Part shown: one piece after another, positions 1 to 11,205 of the stretch | How the letters are laid out: every line of letters starts with the position of its first letter | How positions within the stretch are numbered: position 1 is the first letter of the stretch | DNA from: Octopus sinensis | Lineage: Eukaryota | DNA: 64,000 bases | Reading direction: 5' to 3' | Assembly (NCBI RefSeq): GCF_006345805.1 | Contig: NC_043006.1 | Location: forward strand, 91,016,001 to 91,080,000 | Program-made: the position numbers and the translations under genes | Notes under the pieces: generated by a model | What the model was told of the DNA's origin: nothing | Databases searched by the model: none | Seen by the model: the letters and a program-made list of their open reading frames with translations, nothing else

Positions 1-354
1 GTCATTGGCAATCTTCCTTTTTGTGATCATTTTATTGTTTCAGAAGCAAATGTTAATGTTTCTTTATTGTATGGTTGAGAAACTGTGATGCTATCTGAAC
101 AATTTGTTAATTACTATCTTTGTGTAGTTGTTGTTCAATGGAACAAATAGAGAAACTTTTTCAAACTTTTACACTCATTGTTAATTTGCCATTCTGGGTT
201 AATTTTCTGCAAGCATCATGTCTGTCTTATTTGAGCAAGTATTCTCTTATATCAAAGTCTTTAAAGGAGGAACTCATTCTTATTTCCCCTACACACACCA
301 AAAAGGAAAGAAAGTATTCTTCTCATGGAAGACTTTTTTACATTTTGTTTTTGT

Positions 355-1536
355 TCTTACCTCTGCTGGTGACAAAAGGCCTCTCGCACAGAGTGAAAGG
401 CAGACTGTATGATGCGTGTGTACGAACAGCCATGCTACATGGCAGTGAAACATGGGCCGTGACTGCTGAGGATATGCGTAAGCTCACTAGAAATGAAGCC
501 AGTATGCTCCGATGGATGTGTAATGCCGGTACTCACACTCGGCAGAGTGTAAGTACCTTGAGAGAAAAGCTGGACCTAAGAAGCATCAGTTGTGGTGTGC
601 AAGAGAGACGTTTGCGCTGGTATGGTCATGTGGCGAGAATGGATGAAGATAGTTGTGTGAAAAAGTGCCACACCCTAGCGGTTGAGGGAACCTGTGGAAG
701 AGGCAGACCCAGGAAAACCTGGGACGAGGTGGTGAAGCACGACCTTCGAACTTTAGGTCTCACTGAGGAAATGACTAGAGACCGAGACCTCTGGAGTGTG
801 CTGTGCGCGAGAAGACCCGGCAGGACAAGTGAGTCCACAACCCGTGGCCTTCTACATGGGATGGAGCCAGCCTACGTATGCATACCTTCCCTTCTTGGGA
901 CACAAAACTCTACTTGTGAAGACGGTGTTGAGGCAAGTGAGGATCAGAATCGAAATCGATCAATGGAAATTGCGGATGTGCTACCAGTGCGGTGGCATGT
1001 CGAAACTCTGCTTGTGAAGACCCATTGAGGCAAGTGAGGATCAGAATCGAAATCGATCAATGGAAATTGCGGATGTGCTACCAGTGCCGGTGGCATGTCG
1101 AAACTCTGCTTGTGAAGACCCATTGAGGCAAGTGAGGATCAGAATCGAAATCGATCAATGGAAATTGCAGATGTGTTACCAGTGCGGTGGCATGTAAGAG
1201 AACTTTCCGTTTCGCGACCGTTGCCAGCACCGCCCCGTTTCGTGTCGTGTCCGTTGCCAGCCTCGCCTGGCCCTCGTGCCGGTGGCACATAAAAAGCACC
1301 ATCCGTTCGTGGCCGTTTGCCAGCTCTGTCTGGCACCAGTGCGGGTGGCACGTAAAAAGCACCCACTACACTCACGGAGTGGTTGGCGTTAGGAAGGGCA
1401 TCCAGCCGTAGAAACACTGCCAGATTTGACTGGGCCTGATGAAGCCTTCTGGCTTCACAGACCCCAGTAGAACCGTCCAACCCATGCTAGCATGGAAAAC
1501 GGACGCTAAACGATGATGATGATGATGATGATGATG
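355..1536 (+). mobile_element. 5'-truncated RTE-clade LINE (ORF2 C-terminus, 3'UTR, (GAT)n tail)
   Basis: Encodes LLVTKGLSHRVKGRLYDACVRTAMLHGSETW...RRLRWYGHVARM...GRGRPRKTW, matching the end of the long ORF at 2542-5358. Ends in (GAT)n at 1512-1536. Confidence 0.93.
905..1196 (+). repeat. About 98-bp unit repeated about 3 times in the RTE 3'UTR
   Basis: Unit aaactct(a/g)cttgtgaagac...gaggcaagtgaggatcagaatcgaaatcgatcaatggaaattgc...ggtggcatgt starts at 905, 1003 and 1101. Confidence 0.9.
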
Positions 1537-1614
1537 TTTTACAGCTTTACATCTCTTTGTGTAAAGATATTAAATGCATAGACATGTAACACATCGGAAT
1601 TAGTTTATGTTGTG

Positions 1615-4600
1615 CATCATCATCGTTTAACGTCCGTTCTCCATGCTAGCATGGGTTGGACGGTTCGACAGAGGATCTGGGAAGCCAGAAGGCTGCACCA
1701 GGCTCCAGTCTTATCTGGCAATGTTTCTACAGCTGGATGCCCTTCCTAACGCCAACCACTCCGTGAGTGTAGTGGGTGCTTTTTACGTGCCACCTGCACA
1801 GGTGTCAGGCGAGGCTGGCAACGGCCACGGTCGGATTGGTGTATTTTATGTGCCACCGGCACAGAAGCCAGTCGAGGCGGCGCTGGCATCGGCCACGAGT
1901 CGGATAGTTCTTTTTACGTACCACCAGACCAGGGATCCTGGCTGGTTCAATTCGATTTCGATTTCGCTTTCGCAAGCAAAGGGGGTTGGCATGGGTGCCT
2001 GTCGTACGGTTGGATTGGTGTATTTTACGTGCCACCGGCACGGAAGCCAGTGGAGGCGGCGCTGGCATCGGCCACGAGTCGGATAGTGGCTGGTTCAATT
2101 CGATTTCGCTTTCGCTTGCCCCAACATGTCTTCGCAAGCAAAGGGGGTTGGCATGGGTGCCTGTCGTCGGATGAGGTTCTATATCGACTTAGCTTGCCTC
2201 AACAGGTCTTTGTGTCCAAGGGAGGAAAGGCATTCATAAGTGGGCTGGGCTCACTTGTCCTGCCTGGTCTTCTCACGTACAGCATATTTCCAAAGGTCTT
2301 AGTCGCTGGTCATTTCCTCAGTGAGGCCTAAAGTTCGAAGGTCATGCTTCACCACCTCGTCCCAGGTTTTCCTGGGTCTACCTCTTCCACGGGTTCCCTC
2401 AACTGCTAGGGATTGGCACTTTCTCACACACCTATCTTCATCCATTCTCGCCACATGACCATACCAGCGCAATCGTCTTTCTTGCACACCACAACTGATG
2501 CTTCTTAGGTACAACATTTCTCTCAAGGTACTAACGCTCTGTCAAGTATGTACACTGACATTACACATCCATCGGAGCATACTGGCTTCATTCCTCACGA
2601 GCTTACGCATGTCCTCAGCAGTCACAGCCCATGTTTCACTGCCATGTAGCATGGCTGTTCGTACACATGCATCATACAGTCTGTCTTTTACTCTGAGCGA
2701 GAGGCCTTTAGTCACCAGCAGAGGTAAGAGCTCCCTAAACTTTGCCCAGGCTATTCTTATTCTAGCAGTTACACTTTCAGTGCACCCACCCCCACTACTG
2801 ACTTGGTCACCTAGATAACGGAAGCTATCAACTACTTCTAGTTTTTCCCCCTGGAAAGTGACGGAAGTTGTTTTCTGCAGATTTTCGGAGGTTAATGCTC
2901 CCGAGCATCTGCCACATACAAAAACAATCTTCCCAGTTAGCCTACCTTTGACATTGCTGCACCTCTTATGTGTCCATAGCTTACACTGGGTACATCTTAT
3001 AGAGTTTCTACCTACACCTTTTCTACAGATCGAGCAGGGCCATCTTCCTGAAGACATTTGTGGATTGTCTACCTTCCTACTTATTAGGACTTTGGTTTTA
3101 GCTAGGTTGACTCTAAGGCCCCTCGATTCTAAACCCTCCTTCCACACCTGGAACTTCTCCTCCAGTTCTGATAGTGACTCAGCAATTAGAGCAAGGTCAT
3201 CAGCGTAGAGGAGCTCCCAGGGGCAACCTGTCTTGAATTCCTCTGTAATTGCCTGGAGGACTATGATAAATAGGAGGGGGCTGAGTACTGAACCCTGGTG
3301 GACTCCAACCTCTACTTTGAATTCTTCTGTGTACATGTTGCCAACCCTAACCTTACTTACGGCATCTCTGTACATGGCTCGCACAGCTCTCACTAACCAT
3401 TCATCTATCCCTAGTTTCCTCATTGACCACCAGATAATGGATCGGGGGACCCTATCAAAAGCTTTCTCCATGTCAACGAAAGCCAGGTACAGGGGCTTAT
3501 CTTTGGCTAGGTATTTCTCCTGCAGCTGCCTTACCAGGAATATAGCATCAGTGGTACTTTTCCCTGGCACGAACCCAAACTGCATCTCATCTAAACTAAC
3601 TCTCTCTCTAATTAGTTGGGTGATGACCCTCTCCATAACCTTCATTACCTGATCCAACAGCTTGTTACCTCTGTAATTATTTGTATCTAGGGCATCACCT
3701 TTACCTTTATAGCAGTTGACTAGTATGCTGCTACACCAGTCATTGGGTATGACTCCTTCGTGTATCACCTGGTTGACTATACAGGTGACTAGGTTATAGC
3801 CAACACTGCCAGATATTTTGAGCATCTCTGCAGTAATTCCTGATGGGCCTGGGGCTTTCCCTGTCTTCATGCTTCTAATTGCTTTAACTACCAAAGAATT
3901 TTCAACTCGGATGGCTGGTCCCTCTGTTGGGTTGACATTCGGCAGACTCTCTTTATCCCATTCATTTTCTTTATTCAGCAACCTTTCATAGTGGCATCTC
4001 CAAACCTCTCTCTTTGCATCCTCATTTAGCACAAGTGAACCATCATCCATGCGAACACACTTCTCTCCTACCACATCACGATTCTCTCTCACACACTGTC
4101 TTGCAACACGAAATACCTCAAGTCTTTCATCCTCACGGCTCAGAACATTGGCAAATTTTTTCTTATCCGCTTCCCCTCTGGCTAAATAAACCTGTCTCCT
4201 ACCTTCCCTTTTGGCTGTCTGATACAATTCCCTGCTACCACCGTTCTTCCAGTCCTTCCAAGCCTGTCTCTTTTGTCTAATAGCCCTGTCAACCACAGTG
4301 TTCCACCACCATGTTACTCTGGGTCGAGATGGTACTTTGCTCCATCCACAGATCTGGTCAGTGGCTGTCAGCAGATTGTCCCGTAGGAATCTCCAGTTGT
4401 CTTCCACATTAAGTGAAGCTATATCCCCTTCTATCTCGTCAGAGGCTTCGAGTAGTATGTCTCTAAATCTCTGTCCATTTGCAGGATCTTTAAGCTTCCA
4501 GACCTTTCTCCTCCAAGCTGGTCTTCTTCTGGGCAACCATTTAGCTCTGATCCTGAAGTCGCTAACTACTAATCTATGTTGGGGAGTACATTCTTCGCCT

Positions 4601-5540
4601 GGGAAGGTTTTGGCATTTATAATCAGCCCTCTTTCCCTTTTTCTGGCAAGGATGTAGTCAATCTGGCTGGTGTGTCTGCCAGAACGGTAGGTGATTAGGT
4701 TAGAGGTGGGTTTCCTGAAGTGGGTATTGCAGACCATAAGGTCATTTGCATAACAGAACTCCAGCAACCTGGTTCCCTCCTCATTACGAGAGCCAAAACC
4801 GTAGCCTCCATGGACGCCATGGAAGCCCCCGACATGTCGTCCAACATGTCCATTGAAATCACCTGCCACGAAGAGAAGGTCACTGTCATTTGTCAACGAG
4901 GTAGTCCGCAATAGGGTGTCATAGAATTGGTCTTTTTGTCCTTCCGGTAGCCCTGGTTGAGAGGCATATGCCGAGATGATGGTAGCTGACCTATGGTGAA
5001 GCACTAATCTGATCTTAAGTACTCTATCACTTACTCTGACTACCTCGATTACCTTATCTACCCATTTCTCCGCAAGAAGTATACCCACGCCCCCGACCCC
5101 GTCAGTGTTCCCTGCCCAGAAAATCTTGTACCTGTGTTCCTTGCCTGTGAGGAGCCTAGCGGAGCCTCCTCTATACCTTACTTCCTGGATGCAGCATAAA
5201 TCCACACGTCTCCGTCCAAGCAGCTCAACAATCTCTCCAGACCTACCTTTCAATGTGCCAACTCTGAGGGTGTGGGAGGTGTGGGTCTCTGAGACCCTGG
5301 GATGAGGGACAGCGGTGTCATGTACCTGAAAAGAAAGCTTGCATTTGCCAGATTTCATACTGAGACTCTAGACTACAACCTGCATACATTTCACAGTTTT
5401 TGCGCTATATGATCACAATAAACCCTACATAGGGGTGCGGTTGGGGGTATGCGCAGGGGGGGGGAGTCAAGAAAGGTAGAAAGGTAGAAACTTCCGGTTC
5501 TGGTGGAGGGGTGGGAGGGCGGGGTCACCTCGAAGGAACA
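1615..5540 (-). mobile_element. Near full-length RTE-clade LINE (APE endonuclease, reverse transcriptase, PHD finger)
   Basis: Long ORF, modular 3'UTR, (GAT)n tail seen as catcatcat at 1615. The 5' boundary is uncertain; a G-rich segment runs to about 5540. Confidence 0.93.
2251..5358 (-). pseudogene. RTE ORF2 with two in-frame premature stops
   Basis: APE motifs CIQEVR, AGDFNGHVG, SQIDYIL, QHRLV; RT motifs GKAPGPSGI, QFGFVPG, FVDMEKAFDRV, GVHQGSVLSPLLF, YADD. ORFs 2542-5358 and 2299-2526 share one frame. Stops at 2542-2544 (TGA) and 2299-2301 (TAA); family stop at 2251-2253 after KTRQDK. Confidence 0.92.
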
Positions 5541-6774
5541 ACAAGGTTTAAGTTAATTCATAGGGGATTTTCTGCAACAGAAATTACTGAACATCTAGAA
5601 ACTTCGGGAATCGAGTAAAACATAATATAAATAAGAGAGAGAGAGAATATTTTGTAAGGAATTCTGGGGAATGGAATAATAACGGGATGACCCTGAAATT
5701 AAAGGAGGAATTGAAAATGCATGATCTTAAGACAGACAGGAAGCCATGTTTACAAGATGGCAAAATAAATAATAGAGAAACAGGATATCTTGCAGAATTC
5801 CTTATGAGCAAGTTCGACACTAAACTGGTGTTAGATCTGTTCTATAGGTTTAAGGCATTTTAACATGGATTGTTGCATACTAGCTGCTATATCCACCATG
5901 GAACAGTCATCTGATTGTGAGCATAGGAATCTTTTTCAAGCCAACAGAATGACTGAAGTTTACTACTGCAGATTGCCAAACTACTCATTAGTTAAGCAGT
6001 TGTCTTGGTCTCTATTCAATGACTCTAATGAGTAAGAGTTACAGTTTGGCTAAGTTGAGGACAGAGTAATATTTACTGTTGACCCTTGAACATGTAGATC
6101 CTAATCATGCTGATTCTAAGTAGGTTTCAACTGAAGTTTGTGGATGATAATTCTTAGAATCTGTTAATTAAAACTTTAAACTAATCTGTAGCCAAAATCA
6201 AAAAGATAGAAGAATGCAGTCTCGACAAGTAGCACAATCTATTTTCCTCTAACCCCATCTGGCAACCCTGAACTGAAATAATTTTTGATTGAGATGGATA
6301 ACTATTCAATCTCTTTCTTTTCTTTTTTAAATTCCATCTCCAGAGAAGAAATGTTTTTCTTTTTTGTTATTTCCACATGTTAGTTTGTGATCAACTTCGT
6401 AAAAAACCAGACAAAGCATAATAGTATTTACTCTTCTAAATATGACAAACTAACACCTATCTTCCAGACATGAAATTGTATTTTAGAAGGAAACAAATGA
6501 AATTAAATACAAAATATCAAACAGCCGTATTCGAAGTCACTGATTTAATAGTTAATAATTTCATCATTTTATCTATTTACCCCCTGTTGTTCTTTCATTA
6601 ATTTCTTAAAGTTACTTTGGATTTTCTTTTAGATACTAAACTATATCATACAATCATCACAATGTTTTCATTTAAATTGCAATTGTGCACAACAACTCCA
6701 TTTACATACTACATTGTTTAATATGATCAAATGCTGTAATCATCAGCTACAATTTATTCTGATTTAGTCTAACC

Positions 6775-7249
6775 CAGTAAGCCAAGTAAGACCATAACCA
6801 TGGCCTATGCCAGTGCTGTATAACCAGCCCATTTAAGAGTACCCTTCAATCATTGGACAATAAACTATGCTTGCAAAGACTTGTTGAAGCAAGTGAAATC
6901 GCTATCATGGCCGGTGAAAGTACTGCATGATTGGCACCCATTCCAGTGGAACGTTAAAAGTACCATTCGAGCATGCTCGTTGCCAGGGCCACAGACTGGT
7001 TCCCATGCTGGTGGCACATAAAAAGTACCATTTGAGTGTGGCCGATGCCAGTATCCCCTGACTGGCACGTAAAAGCACCCACTACACTCTTGAAGTGGTT
7101 GGCGTTAGGAAGGGTATCCAGCTGTAGAAACTTTGCCAGATCAGATTGGTGACTGGTGCAGCCCTCTGGCTTGCCAGTCCTCTGTCAAGCCGTCCAACCT
7201 ATGCTAGCATGGAAAGTGGACATTAAATGATGACGACGATGATGATGAT
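6775..7249 (+). mobile_element. RTE 3'UTR fragment
   Basis: gcacccactacactc...gtggttggcgttaggaagggtatccagctgtagaaac...atgctagcatggaaagtggacattaaatgatgac, the same tail as 1345-1536. Confidence 0.85.
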
Positions 7250-7569
7250 TATTTCTTATTTAGTCTGTCCCCTTTTCAAAGATTCATTTTCTTTTTGTTT
7301 TAATTGTTAGCCATAAGACTGGTCTTAGTCTTCTGTTATAATTACATTCTCATCTAAGTTGTCTTGTAATGGCAGGCTAAGACTAGTCTTAACCATCTTT
7401 CATAATTCTGTTCACACCCAGGCACAATTACAGTAATATTAAATCAATCTTTGTACTAGATTAGTATTTAATTTTATTGAACCTGGATGCATGAAAGACA
7501 AAGATGACCTCAACAGGATTGAAACCTAAATCGTAAAAGACCCAAACAAGTCATTTTAGCCAACATTAA

Positions 7570-7790
7570 CCCTTTCGTTACTGTATTCATTTTGAGATGC
7601 TCTGTGTTCCTTTCAATTAATTTTAAATATATGAAAGAATTTAGTAAAATAACTTAGTTATCATTAAGCTAGTGTTAGGAACATAAATTGTGACTAACGT
7701 TTGGTGGAAGATTTTAATTCAAAACTTATGAAAACAAGACATTTTTACTCAGAGTCAGGGCCAGTTTCAGCCAGGTTGGTAACGAAAGGG
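7570..7790. mobile_element. piggyBac-type MITE
   Basis: TIR ccctttcgttac / gtaacgaaaggg, flanked by TTAA (7566-7569) and TTGA (7791-7794). Related to 34971-35176. Confidence 0.75.
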
Positions 7791-8817
7791 TTGATGTTGT
7801 TTCTCCAACACACCACTAGTGATTACCAGCTAAATTTTAGTATGACAATGAAATTAGGGACTTAGATGATTATACATATATATATTACATTCTTATACTT
7901 ATTATTTTATATAATATTTTAGGAAATTTCTTCTGATATTTGTATTGTATTCTTTTTCCCTACTAAATTTTTAATTGATGTAATTAAATTTGAAGAACAC
8001 TCTTTTCTCATTTCCCTAATAAGATGCTTGGGATTTTTACTGTGGTGAATTTCCAGTCATTGATTCTGGATATTTTTCCATGGCAGATATATGCCAGAGC
8101 TCATTAGCTTCAATAATGACTGCACACTATCCAAGAAGCCATGCATAAATAAGAGCTTAACACCTACAACAAATTTTGTCGGTTTTGCTTTTTGCATCTT
8201 AACTACTTTTCTTTGTCTTGATTGATTCACTCTGCAGAAACTCATCAGTTTGTTAAATCATTTACTTCTCTTGTAAATAATGCCATATCTTAATTTTTTT
8301 TTTTTTCGATTAATTAAATTAGGAAGTTACTTGATAAAAAAGTACTCTTTATTCTTTGTAATTATACTAGATCATAAAGAGTTTGGAACTTTTTTTTGTT
8401 AAACTTGTTGAAGAAAGCATTTATCTTCATCATAGTTCAGCATGTATTTTCAATGGCTTGAGCATGGCCTGTTGCTTTTAATACACATGTTTCAGATCAT
8501 TGTGTAATAGATAAAAAGGGAATCTTGTCTTGTACACAATATCTTCTTCAGTTAAGACATATCACAATTCACCCTTTATATATGACCAGGGCAGTTTAAG
8601 TAGCCTTGCTAAGGAGAGGCTAGCCAGAAAGAGTAGAATATCATTAGAAAGGGAAACGGAAGAGTGAGAGGAGGAGAGAGAAAGAGAAAGGGAGAAAATG
8701 GGTAAGTATGAGTGCAGAGAAAACATGAGAGAGATGGAACCATATGGGAGGAAGAGAAGAGAAAGGGCCAACTAAAGGAAAGAATAAATAAATAAATAGT
8801 AATAATAATGATGATGA

Positions 8818-9440
8818 TTATGATTATTATTATTATTATTATTATTTGAAAACTCACAGCTTATTTTGCTGGGTATGATGGATAGTGTCAGCTGTCCACA
8901 GCCAGCAGACAAGGTGACACTTATTTACTGGTGATGTTTCAAGAACCCTGAAAGAATTCTCACAGTCTCAAGCAGTGCTGATTTTGGTAGGTGTTCTACC
9001 TTGAACACTTGCACCGGTCTTTTTCAGCCATGTTGGTAGTTGAGTGCTGATACTTCCAAGTGCACCAATTACTATCATATCTACTCTCTTCATTGACCAC
9101 AACCTTCGTATTTCCCACATCAAATCGTCATAGTTGTTTATTTTTTCTTCTTCTTTCTCATTAACCCTGTTGTCACCAGGGCATGCTATGTCGATTATCA
9201 TACATGATCTTTCTCTTTTTGCCATTTTTGCAACTTTCATCCATCTTTCAATAAATTAAACTTGGGGACAGCACCTCCCTCTCCACCTTTCCTTTTCTTT
9301 TCAAGGGAAACTTTAAAAAGTCAATGAGTCTTTTACCAAGGAGGAAGTCTCTGTCCTCGTACGTTTCAGCCTCATCCACCAGACAACCTCTTTCACCACT
9401 GCCACCAGGCAAAGGTAAACTGCCTTACCTGCCCAGTTTC
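8818..9440 (-). mobile_element. R4/Dong-like non-LTR fragment (restriction-like endonuclease C-terminus) with (TAA)n tail
   Basis: CMIIDIACPGDNRVNEKEEEKINNYDDLMWEIRRLW...VIGALGSI, then after a frameshift VEHLPKSALLETVRIL. Tail merges into (TAA)n at 8818-8846. Confidence 0.8.
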
Positions 9441-9484
9441 ATTATCATCATCATCATCATCATCATAATAATAATAATAGACAA

Positions 9485-10022
9485 TCATGATATTGGGTAC
9501 TGTGCAGTGTCTTAAATAATAATAATAAGTGTTATCATGTAAATTGTTTTGTCTTGGTATAAAAGATGGGCTACAGCAAATACTCTGCTCAATACAACAG
9601 ACTTTCTTGTTGATTGTTTGATCTTAACCAGTTGACCATGTCCCTTAGTGACTGATGATATGTGCATCTCTGATGATGAGCAGAAGTAGTTGGGGAGCAT
9701 CATAGCCATGTGTTGAGGGGAATTCTTTGGGGCTTGGATAATTCACCTCTGAAAACATCCTTAAACAACCCTTATTCAAAGACGTTTTGAGTGGGATGGG
9801 CTACTCAATCTGCAGAAAATTCTGACTGGGCCCTACCTGCAAGGTCATGCGCTGTTAATCTTATATGAGATCACGATGTTACATACATATGGTTGTGATG
9901 CATGTGCCTGGTGTACCCTTATCAGACAGGTAGTCATGATGGGCATATTGGGCTTTGCATATTTTACCCGAGTGTCACTTTGATGGCATGTGCTGCTCTC
10001 TCACTCAATAATAATAATAATT
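9485..10022 (+). repeat. Unclassified probable interspersed repeat bounded by (TAA)n
   Basis: GC-richer non-coding block between taataataat runs, ending ctcactcaataataataataa. Family assignment not possible by eye. Confidence 0.35.
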
Positions 10023-10172
10023 AGATAAATAAATACATGTATCAGAACAGTGTGAGTGAGAAGGGGGTGTGCTGGTGGGGGTAGAAGAAATTTGAGTAGA
10101 CATCACTAAAAATAAGGAATCATGGTAGCATAGAGAAAATACATATCTACTCTCATTCATATATACATATAC

Positions 10173-10177
<5 letters not shown>

Positions 10178-10240
<63 letters not shown>
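10178..10240. repeat. Compound (CA)n(TA)n microsatellite
   Basis: Directly visible. Confidence 0.95.
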
Positions 10241-10245
<5 letters not shown>

Positions 10246-10904
10246 TCATAGGTAGATACATGTGTATATGAGTATATGTATGAGAGTGGGGATGAATTAT
10301 AGAAGTTAATGGAAAACTGATAAGAGGAAATTAGATTGTAAAGTAAAGAAAATAACAACGTCTGGTTTCTTTGGAATATTTTCTGTTTTGCCTACTATTT
10401 TTTAACAAGACAATATTATGTGTGTGTGTATCTGTTATAAATATAAAGTAATGATATGTTATAATGTAATATGTGTGTGTGTGTGTGTGTGTGTTATAAG
10501 TAGTATAAATGATTATGCATATATTCTGATTAAAATTCAACTCCAGAACAAAGGAAAAAGAAATCCAGCAGTTTATTCTGTCTAATGTGAAGGCATATGG
10601 GTATTTATGACTATATTGCTTGTACACTGATTATTATTGTTGTTGTTGTTGTTGTTATTATTGATAGACTAGTTTATTTACATTTGCATATGTTCTCAGA
10701 GTAAGAATTTTAAAGATGCTTATACCAGTTATCTGAAATATAATAAAATAAAGTTTTAAAACTCTGATCAATATTCTCAATATTCAGTGATACGCCACAC
10801 TTTTCTTTTCATATGAAAACTGTTATTTTTCTTGGAACTGTCTTTAAAAAATAAAAAAAGTAAGGGCCAGTGTATATGTATATATATGTATATATATATA
10901 TGTA

Positions 10905-11185
10905 TCATCATCATTTAACGTCCGCTTTCCATGCTAGCATGGGTTGGACGGTTCAACTGGGGTCTGGGGAGCCCGAAGGCTGCACCAGGCCAGTCAGATC
11001 TGGCAGTGTTTCTACAGCTGGATGCCCTTCCTAACGCCAACCACTCCGAGAGTGTAGTGGGAGATTTTATGTGCCACCGACACAGGTGCCAGACGAGGCT
11101 AACGAACGGCCACGCTCGGATGGTGTTTTTTATGTGCCACCGACACAGGTGCCAGACGAGGCTGGCAGACGGCCTCGCTCGGATG
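10905..11185 (-). mobile_element. Short RTE 3'UTR insertion in a (TA)n array
   Basis: catcatcatttaacgtccgctttccatgctagc tail with a 63-bp internal tandem (gtgccaccgacacagg at 11071 and 11134). Flanked by atatatgtatatatatatat on both sides. Confidence 0.88.
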
Positions 11186-11205
11186 ATATATGTATATATA
11201 TATAT

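Noticed and set aside
120-1028. 302-aa plus ORF as a host gene
   Set aside because: Chimeric: T-rich flank runs into an RTE C-terminus and then its 3'UTR.
2498-5305. Plus-strand ORFs overlapping the LINE
   Set aside because: Antisense shadows of the RTE ORF2.
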